Assembly (NCBI RefSeq): GCF_964213995.1
Contig: NC_135817.1
Span: 66,402,001-66,466,000 of the forward strand
Reading direction: 5' to 3'
DNA length: 64,000 nucleotides
Source: Mustelus asterias
Taxonomy: Eukaryota
Part shown: one piece after another, positions 54,267 through 64,000 of the stretch
Numbering within the stretch: position 1 is the stretch's first letter
Layout of the letters: each line of letters starts with the position of its first letter
Position numbers and translations under genes: made by a program
Notes under the pieces: model-generated
Database searches by the model: none
Told to the model about the DNA's origin: nothing
Seen by the model: only the letters and a program-made list of their open reading frames with translations

Positions 54267-54687
54267 CTATATTAATTAATAATGGAAAATAAGACAAAAG
54301 CAATAATTTCAGAAAAAGGAAAAGAACAAATCTAATTAGAAACAAAAGTTTAACCATAACCAATTTCTTCGCAAAAAATAAAATAATCCTTGTTCCAAAA
54401 GACACAAGTTTTACTAAACCTGCAATTGCGTGTGCGCATTTTATTGCATCACATTCAGGTACGTACACAGATGCACATGCATTCTATTTCAGTTCTGCAA
54501 ATAGACTCCCAAAATTAACAAAAAAAGATCTGCTTAAACTAAAATTTCAATTCAGACAATTTAAGAAATACATTTTGGTTTCAAACTCCTTCCTGCAAGA
54601 AGAAATTGTCTGTTAACGTACAAGCTGATAATTTGATCTCTACAGAAAAGGGCTTTATAGAATGAAATACCATTTTGAAGTACCTTA

Positions 54688-54843
<156 letters not shown>

Positions 54844-55216
54844 TTATTGGAACTCGATTATAGCACCCTCAAAATGCGGCATGCGACATTTTATGTGCAA
54901 CTTGCTTTAATCATAGCAGGATAAATCTAAACAACTGCAGGAGATATCTAGAGTAACACATTATACAGAAAGAGATTTTACAAATATATTTATATAGCTA
55001 TTGGCCATTAACTCTACAACTTGAGAGTAAATTTCAAAAGAAGATTTTAAAAGCATTCTGGAAGTACACTCCTGATGTTCAAACACATCGAGCAGGATTC
55101 TCCAGCCGTTTGCACCAAGGGGATTCTCTGCTCCTGCCGCAATGAATGAAGATTTTGTTGAGCGCCAAATCCTCCATCCTCGCTGGCAAAGGTGGCGGGG
55201 CTTTCACCACGCATAT

Positions 55217-55706
55217 TCATTAAATCTATTAAAATTGGGAAGTAGTTCAGAGTTAACACTCATAGCAATGGTAAGGTGCAGGTTTGATTAAATTCCTGAT
55301 CTCTGCCTTCTCTTTGCACCTCAATGAAGTGGTAAAGTTCCTCGTTAGGGAAAGAAAATAAGTGGAAGAGTTGTTCCTGAGCCACACTCGCACATCTTGT
55401 GACTGGCTTAGGGTGGATCAGCGACTAAATTAAACTGCAAATATAAATGCAAATTTAACTTATTCTTTACCTGCCCACTTTCTGTTTCCAAGCACTATTA
55501 AATCCACTCTAAGCTACTCCATTCAAGATGTGCAAGTTTGGCTCAGGAACAACTCTTTCTTCCTTGCAGAAGAACTTTATATTCTCTTTGCACCTCATTG
55601 AAGCGATTGAGATCAGGAATTTAGCAGAGGGCAATCAAACCTGTACCATACTACTTGCAGTGAGTGTTAACTCTGAACTACTGTCCCATTTTAATATATT
55701 TAATGA
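55217..55706. repeat. Degenerate nested palindrome with a directly repeated 22-bp core
   Basis: Outer arms 55217-55303 / 55609-55706; inner arms 55333-55418 / 55502-55579; direct repeat 55308-55329 / 55582-55603. Confidence 0.8.
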
Positions 55707-55707
55707 G

Positions 55708-56035
55708 GGTAGGTGGTGGCATAGTGGTATTGTCACTGGACTAGTCGTCCAGAGACCCAGGGTAATGTTCTGGGGACACAGGTTAAAATCCCACCACTGT
55801 AGATGGTGAAATTTGAATTCAATAAAAAAAATCTGGAATTAAAGTCTAATGATGAAACCAGTTAATTGTCGTAAAAACCCACTAATGTCTTTTAGGGAAG
55901 GAAATCTGCCGTCCTTATCTGGTCTGGCCTACATGTGACTCCTGACCCACAGCAATGTGGTTGACTCTTAAATACCCTCAGGGAGGGGCATAAATATTGG
56001 CCCTACCAGTGACACCCATAACCCATGAACAAAAA
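55708..56035 (+). mobile_element. Deu-type SINE
   Basis: Same family as 21320-21728. Confidence 0.75.
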
Positions 56036-56251
56036 AAAAGGATGCTTTATTGAACATGTTTACATTATCGGATGCTTCCTTCTGATACAGACTAAAGTAG
56101 GCAAATTTCAAGTCTCGCAATGAGTACCAACTCTGAATCAAAAGGTAGTTTCCAATTTATATCAGTGCTGGTCATACTTTAACCACAGTCTAAAATTATT
56201 CTTCAGTAAGGTTTCACAATCTTAACTGTTATTCTTACTTTAAACAAATCA

Positions 56252-56455
<204 letters not shown>

Positions 56456-57125
56456 TCATACACCTCAATACAAAGAGAATGCTGTGCACCAGAACAACCT
56501 TTAAATTCAGCCAGATTAGCTATAGTCCTGGTTAGTTCTTTTTCTTTCATTTTAAGTATAGATTTGGATATATTAGTATTGTTTTTACATTGCACGTGGT
56601 CATGTAAATGAATGTTTTAACATTCATTATAACAATTTTGATGTAGTTACAAGTTAATTCTGAATGTATTTATCAACAACTGAAATAACACTTTCAAGTT
56701 AATCTACTTAAAACCGTACTTATGGAAATTGATAATTGAAAGAATTAACTGAGTGTCCATAAACTTAGCAACGAGAAATTTTACTGAAGTGAATTTGTGC
56801 ATTGAGAAAGTCTCATCAATCGTGTTGAATATTTCCAACAACACCGTATTATAGATGCAATGCATCACAGATGAGAACCATACAACACAAACAATGCATA
56901 ATACCTTGGAGACCATGGTTTAATAATGCTATAATTTCCTTAACCTGCAGTTATAATTTTGACGTTTGAACAAATTACCTTTTTTAAATTTCATTCAATT
57001 AGCTAACTGTTTTTAGATATATAAAAAAACAATGTTACAGACATATAATTAATTAAAAGGAATTTAGTTGCAAACAAAAACGCAAGCACAACTAAAGCAT
57101 TACAAATATGTCTTCATAATAGCAT

Positions 57126-57200
57126 GGTGTGGAGCAGTGCTCCGAAAGCTTATGGTATTTGCTACCAATTTAACCTGGTGTTGTGAGACTTCTTACTGTG
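57126..57200 (+). mobile_element. Tiny Penelope pLTR-derived insertion
   Basis: 13-bp TSD TTCATAATAGCAT at 57113-57125 and 57201-57213. Confidence 0.75.
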
Positions 57201-57865
57201 TTCATAATAGCATTCAGACTTTCAGTTTCTTTCTCATTTAAACCAATAAAATATTTATTCTAGGTAACATTTTCTGAATCATATTGCATGAGCTTTCCAT
57301 TACTGAGGAATGCTGATTTACATTCTAGTTTTGGGTATTTCACCAATATTCGGGCGTTTATCTTAAGTGGGATGCTCCACAGTACTTGTCTAAATTATCT
57401 GGAGAAATAACGATACCCTTCAAAATACTGAAGAGTTACCATAGCTAAAATCAATTGAATCTTAAAGCTGAATCGCAGTTTGGAACCAATAATGTAGTTG
57501 GGGATAGGATTTATGAAAAGTGTTTTCGTTGACAAATGACATTTTCTGTTCATTGCAGCTATTGTAGATGATCTCCTACAAGTTGAGAAATGCTTCTTCA
57601 CACAAAGGGTGGTAGAACTATGGAAGTCTCTCTCTCTGTTTACTGGAATGTTTTGAATGAATCTCCATTGTTTCACAATGGATTATAATCAGAAGCGGCA
57701 AAATGCCTCTGTGAAGGAGGGCATGTTTCTGCAGAGGTAGTTTCTGAGGAAATAATGATTTGTTGAAAACCGAAATGTCAGAATCATGATTCAGAATTTC
57801 AGACCATTTAGCAATAGAAAGATTTTGGTGGAATTTGTTGTAAAAAAGTTCAATTCAAAAAGTTG

Positions 57866-58237
57866 AAAGTTTATTTATTAGTCACAAGTAAGAGATCAAT
57901 CAAGATTTGGAGAAATCACCGGACCCAAGATCTTAACATTGTCCAGACGGAACAGGGGTAGTAAGAGGAAAGCAGAAAAGCTAAAAAGTAAAGTTTATTT
58001 ATTAGTCACAAGTAAGGCTTACATTAACACTGCAATGAAGTTACTGTGAAATTCCCGTAGTCGCCACATTCTGGCGCCTGTTTGGGTCAATGCACCCTAA
58101 CCAGCACGTCTTTCAGTCTGTGGGAGGAAACCCACGCAGACACGGGGAGAACATGCAAACTCCACACAGAGACCCAAGCCGGAAATCGAACCCGGGTCCC
58201 TGGCGCTGTGTGGTAGCAGGGCTAACCACTGTGCCAT
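57866..58237 (-). mobile_element. HE1-like SINE with captured Gypsy flank and duplicated tail
   Basis: SINE at 57988-58237; 57891-57987 is the reverse complement of 41277-41385; second tail at 57866-57892. Confidence 0.82.
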
Positions 58238-58954
58238 CCACTCTGAACAAGCAATTTTGGAGAATGTGGATTAGGTAGATTCAAATTCAAACTGCTTGCA
58301 AAAATGAAGGTTCATTAAAAACAAAAACGCTCACTCATGAGGTCTTGGATTGCACCATTAAATGTCATAATTTCTAGAACGTTTCACATAGGAGGGTAAT
58401 ATTTCAGCTGGCTGATTCCCAAATCTGAAAATGGACAAGCACTTTTCTCTTCACTTAGAAACAAAAAAGCCCCAGCATAGTTTGAAATACTCTTAATAAC
58501 AAGATGTAGTGAAGGAATGTTGTGTCTACTGGCAGGGCAAGTTAGAATGCAATATCTCACTGCACGTTTTTGTGCAACAACTTTATTTCCAAACAATAAA
58601 TTAAGGTAATTTGAGTTCTCAGCTTTTTAGGGCTATGTAACTTTCTTTAAAGCTGTTGATCAATGTCTTCTAGCTCAGTATATATATTAGAACAGATGAG
58701 AATTATATAACGTTGACTATAAATAATATGACTGATTTATATATAAAGACAGAGCTCAATTTAGCAGGAACACTTTATATAAAGAATCAAATTCAATGGA
58801 ACGCATTAAAAGTTTTTTTGGGCTACATTGATAACTATCAACTCAACCCTCACCACTACCCAACTGAAAAGTTTTCCTGTTTATAACATTGATGAAAGAA
58901 GCTGAAAAAAAGGAGGGAAGGGGCTGAATCCAAACTCTGGATTATCTAATTTCA

Positions 58955-59220
58955 TGATGTGGAGATGCCGGCGTTGGACTGGGGTGAACACGGTAAGAAG
59001 TCTCACAACACCAGGTTAAAGTCCAACAGGTTTATTTGGTAGCAAATACCATAAGCTTTCGGAGCACTGCTCCTTCGTCAGATGGAGTGGAGTGGAGATG
59101 GAGTGGTTATTGCATCATTTCCACTCCATCTGACGAAGGAGCAGTGCTCCGAAAGCTTATGGTATTTGCTACCAAATAAACCTGTTGGACTTTAACCTGG
59201 TGTTGTGAGACTTCTTACCG
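58955..59220. mobile_element. Young palindromic Penelope pLTR insertion with a hammerhead motif on each strand
   Basis: ~102-bp inverted arms at 58990-59091 / 59120-59221; CTGACGA-aggagcagtgctcc-GAAAGCTTA at 59130-59159; 13-bp TSD TTATCTAATTTCA at 58942-58954 and 59221-59233. Confidence 0.9.
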
Positions 59221-60549
59221 TTATCTAATTTCAACCAGTGCAGCGCAGAGGCTGTGCAACCAACCTTCCACCCCTGCTTTATGACAGGACAGAATCACAA
59301 TTGCCAATATTTCTACTTCCAATTTCTATCTAGCAGTTTGAGCTGGCGATGCATTTTTGGTCAGTCGGCAACAGAACCAATCTTGACAAAATGGCCTGTT
59401 GACAGATGTGATTAATAATCACATGGATGAAGCGTCAAGAGGGAAATCAACAGTCATGGAACTAAAGCTCAAGCAAAAAGCCATTACCTTAAGGAGAGGA
59501 TTAAAAATTAACAGGAATTGACAAATTAATAAAATAGCTGAATAATTCCATTCATTTTGTTTGACATAGGACCTGCTGCTGTGATGAATGCCTGATGCTA
59601 TTTTGCACCACCCTAACCCTGTAAAATCATTAAACACTTTAAAGGTCACTGCTCATTTTTACAAATGTTTGCCTCTTAGATACCTGTGTTATCCTGAAGC
59701 ACAACTGTTCAAAAACCAGATTTTCACCTTAATTACATACTGACAAATACCAAAAATGGTGCATAATTTGTTAATAATGTATTTCCTAGTCAGTGCACCA
59801 ACTAATACAATATTAGTGTAAATAATTTACAAATAAAGCAATATTTTCTACATTTCATTCCTGTTTCGTGTCTGAAAATAAAAAGGTTGCTCTGGGACAG
59901 TCTCGATGTCTATGATAAACAAAGGAACAGATCATCAAGTCTAAGGGTGAAATGGTTTGGAGGAAAAAGATTTCAAAAAAAAAGTGCAGCTTCCAACAGC
60001 GACCAAGGACACCAAATGTATCAGAGCCTTCCCACAATGTTTTGTATATTTAATGTTCTAAAGCAAAAGAAAGTTACAGTTGGTGAGAGGAGAGATATAT
60101 GTTTAACATTACAACCACTACTTCAATTTTAGCTCTCATATGGTAAGACATGGAGTTCTAAATTTATTGCAATGATGAAATTATTATATAAAAAAGATCA
60201 GATAGTATAAGCAGAAAATTGGTGAAATCTATAGAAATGGTTCATAAAGGTTGAAAGAAAATTACTTTTGCATCATTACCTAAACTTAAAAATGCAGAGC
60301 ATTATACCACTTGGAAAATAAGAAAATTGCTCACATGGTCATAGTCTGACTTTTATAAGCAAAATTAGATTTCACTTCCATAGATTTAAAGGGAAAGTGT
60401 ATTCTACTATATTGTTATTGCATCCAAAATTTATAAAGGATTTTCTCACTTATCTCACTGTTATATTTTACACCTGTAAACTGCCATTTAGAAGAGCTGT
60501 AGATGCTGACTATAGTTAAATATCTCAACAAAATCAATGTACAATACTG

Positions 60550-63020
60550 GGAAGCTGGATTAAAACAGAACATGCTGGAAATATTGTGCCGCCAGGTCAG
60601 GCAGCATCTATGGAGAGGGAAAAAGAGTTAGCCAACCAGGTCAGAACAGGGAAAAGTTTGTGATGGTTTTACGCAAGTACAAAGGCAGGGAACGCGGGAG
60701 GAGGGTGCAATGGGTCATGGACGAAGGAATAAAAGAGAAAGTGTGTGTAGGGCAGGGAATGAAATGATGGTGCAATGCAGAAGGGATTGGTTATGGGATG
60801 AGAAATGAAAAACAGATCTAGAGGATCCCAAAAAGCTCAATCACTACCAACAGGTGCTGTACAAAGAATGGGAGCTAATGCACCAACATTGTTGAGCTTA
60901 AAAGCTGACAAGTGCCTAATCAAAAGATGAGGTGTTGTTCCTGAAGGATAAGAGACCAAGGACAGAGTCGGGGTTGGCTGAAGTAGTAAAACAGGGAGCC
61001 ATAGGCACAAGGTCACACCTGTAGGCTGAACAGCTGTGCGCCACAAAGCAGTCACACAATCTGCATTTGGTCTCTTCAGTGCCAAGAAGTCTGTATCATG
61101 AACAGAAAATACAGAATTCTAAATTAAAAATATAATTGTTTGACCTGAAGGGAGCTTATGGGACCCTGGATGGTGGGAGGGCTGGAGGTAACGGGTGTTG
61201 CATCTTGTGGGCTTGCACAGGAAAGGAAGAGTGTGTTGGAAGTGATTGAGGAATCGAGCAGAGTGTTGTGGTGCACCTTGGCTAATCTCTTCCCAGCAAC
61301 ATTTGTGACCCTTCCTATGTTCTTCAGGTTTACTGTTTTCTGGCCCTATCAAGACTTTTCCTTTGAACAAAGGCCTAACTGGGCCCCACTCACCATCAGC
61401 CTTCTCCACCTGGCTGAGGTTCTTCTCACATTCAACAACTTCTCCTTTGACTCCATCAAATTTCTCCAAATAAAAGTAGGGTTGCTATGGAAAACTATAT
61501 AGGTCCGAGAAATTCTTGTCTTTATGCTCGCAGTTCTATTCAAATTCCACCCCTCACCTCCTTTTTGCTACATTGATGACTTGATCTGCAATTTCCCGCT
61601 CTTACCCTGAACTAGAGAATTTTAAAATCAATTTAGCTCCCATTATCCACCCTTTTCTTCTTACTCCCCTTACTTTCCTCAACTTCTCTGTCTCCAGGAG
61701 GAACTTCTTCACACAAAGGGTTGTGAATCTATGGAATTCCCTGCCCAGTGAAGCAGTTGAGGCTACCTCATTGAATGTTTTTAAGGCAAGGATAGATAAA
61801 TTTTTGAACAGTAAAGGAATTAAGGGTTATGGTGAGCGGGCGGGCAAGTGGAGTTGAGTCCACGAAAAGATCAGCCATGATCTTATTGAATGGTAGAGCA
61901 GGCTCGAGGGGCAAGATGGCCTCCCTAGTCCTTATGTCCCTTATTATGTCTTATTAAAGGTTTCATTTTCTGTTTTGACTCGCTGCAATTTGCTGAAGTG
62001 TTTTTCTCTCTCCCCCTCCTTGTTTTTTTGGAAATTTTGTTGGTTAGCTGAAAGCAAGGCTTCTTGCCTTCCTGGAGTAGAAACTCTGCTGTTGCTAGCT
62101 TGCCTAGAGAGTCTTCTTGGTATTCTGGGAAGCTGTTCTGACTTCAGACTGCTCTGAGTGTAGCCAGAGGACTTGCTAGAAGTTACAAGGCTGAGAGGAT
62201 TTTCAATTCTCCAACCAAAGGATTCAACTCCAGTATCACATGAGCATTAGTCTTTGCTGTGGTAAACCTGTGGAAGGGTTTTCTTTTGTCTAAAGGAAGT
62301 TTTGTTTGAATGGAACATCTTAAGTATATTCGTTAAGGGTTATACATTATTGTGGTTGTTTTGTTTTTAATTGATAAAAGTTATTGCTCATTTTCTTTCC
62401 ATCTTTGTTAACTACATTCTTAAATAAACTTTGTTTGATAAAAGTTCCCTCGAGGCTCATTTGAATCATACCTGAAGTGAAACATATCATGCTTATCCTA
62501 GCCAAATTCAAAGTGCAAACCTTATGATCCAGGCAGGTTTCCTAAAACACTTTGGAGTTTCTGACCTGAATTATAACACACCCTCTCCTTGGCCTCCTAC
62601 ATTGTTCCAATGAAGCTCAAAGAATACCATCTCATCTTTTGATTAAGCACTTGACACCCTTTGCAACTCAACACTTGAATTCAATAACTTTCAATCATAA
62701 CCAGCTCTCCCATTTTTTCAGTCAACATCTGGTGGCAATAATTGTGTTTTTTCCCCACTTACACCTCCTCTAGCTCCATTTTTCTTTCTTATCCCAATAC
62801 CATCCCCTTTTGCTTTGTACAATCATTCCTTTTGTTACTTAATCCCTGTCACGAAACCTCCCCGTTATCCTTTCCTCCCCTCACTTTTTGTTCCCTACCT
62901 CTACTTGCTTAAAGTTTGTTGCATCTCTAACTTTTTCCAGTTCTGAAAGTAATCAATTTGAAATGTTTCCCTCCCTCGGGGCTGCTTCACCTGCTGAGTA
63001 TTTCAAGTATTTCCTGCTTT
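60550..63020. mobile_element. Old inverted Penelope-type element with nested CR1 (~61698-61940) and LTR-like fragment (~61950-62578)
   Basis: SLLHLAEVLLTFNNFSFDSIKFLQIK RT-like remnant; mirrored ends (gctggaaatat..caggtcaggcagc / gctgcttcacctgctgagtatttc); CR1 3' end; segment ending TATAACA. Confidence 0.6.
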
Positions 63021-64000
63021 TATACTATTTGTTCCAGTGCTGACTCAAATAAATAGTTTTAAAACACAAAACTATACTCGAGCTCAAAAACAAGTTTTAG
63101 CTTATCAGTTTCTAGCTATCTTCCTTCTGTTGCTTGGCAATTTGGAATATGTCGGCTCATTAAAGAACTGAAAATTTTTTTAATAACTAAGGTGCAGCAG
63201 TTGAAGTTTTCCACTGAAGTTGGCTGAATACAACTTTACATTCTAATGTAGAAAACAGGAGGAAAATAATTTGATGAATTAGAACATTTTTCATGTAACT
63301 GATTTTGAAGACAGTAAAATATAGTAAAACAATCAAAATGATCTTTTGTGATTCAGAATCTAGCACTGGCTCATCCTCAGAAATGCAACATAACTGTAGT
63401 AACTACAGAAGCAGCTGAAAAAAATAGAATTTCCCTCAAATAATGACAAAATCAAGATTGACATCGACCATCATTTTCTCGATGCTTGATTTTTAAAAAT
63501 GTAGTCATATTGAGAATTAAGCGTACTGGCATTTTAAATAATCATAGTGGTAAAATATAATCCCTCTCACTCACACTACAACTTCCTTTACTAAAAACAA
63601 TGAAGGAAGGCTCTGCTGTCAGAAAACAGCATGCTAATTGGCAAGAAATAAAATTAAGTTGGGTCAACAGGACGGCAATGTCAATTCACTAAATGCTGGA
63701 GAATAAAGATTATGAATAAATAATATGGTGACGAAAATGGAACAAACAACAACAGCTGCACAATATAAAATTAGAACGAGTGAAATAGTTGCCGAGGAAC
63801 AAAAATACACAGATATTGAATTTCAACAACTGCATCAAATTTACTGGAATCATAATTTAAAACATTGCGTTTACTGTCAGATTACAAAACTGTCAGAAAT
63901 TGACCACATTTTTATTCCCCAACATTACAATATTGTTTTTATTGCTAGTTCCCAATAGTTGGCCCTTTGACAGCAATTTTTCCAACATTTAATTATGCAC

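Overview
Repeat-rich, intron-containing vertebrate DNA. The repeats (HE1-type tRNA/V-domain SINEs, SacSINE1/Deu-type SINEs, CR1, Penelope, Gypsy) point to a cartilaginous fish, probably a shark. Genes, left to right: (1) an intronless, divergent H2A.X-like histone (4-414, -); (2) a complete 10-exon NIT2 omega-amidase (23466 to 4804, -; 843 nt, 280 aa, E-K-C triad intact, one GC-AG intron); (3) a lone intronless canonical H4 (31968-32279, +) with no recognisable histone stem-loop but a downstream AATAAA; (4) the last seven coding exons of TBC1D23 (56382 to 38954, -), including a 45-nt cassette exon. The most striking unexplained element is a ~305-bp insertion at 49936-50240 with two U2-snRNA-derived heads, two tandem hairpins with covarying stems, an A-rich tail and a 22-bp target-site duplication that copies a TBC1D23 splice donor. 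It is a candidate U2-headed SINE (SINEU-like) in sharks. Other oddities: a SINE that carried ~100 bp of its parent's Gypsy flank 17 kb away, a nested palindrome with a directly repeated core, a 177-bp inverted duplication, and Penelope-derived fold-back insertions with 12-13-bp TSDs and minimal hammerhead motifs. There are two N gaps. All calls were made by eye; repeat boundaries are approximate.
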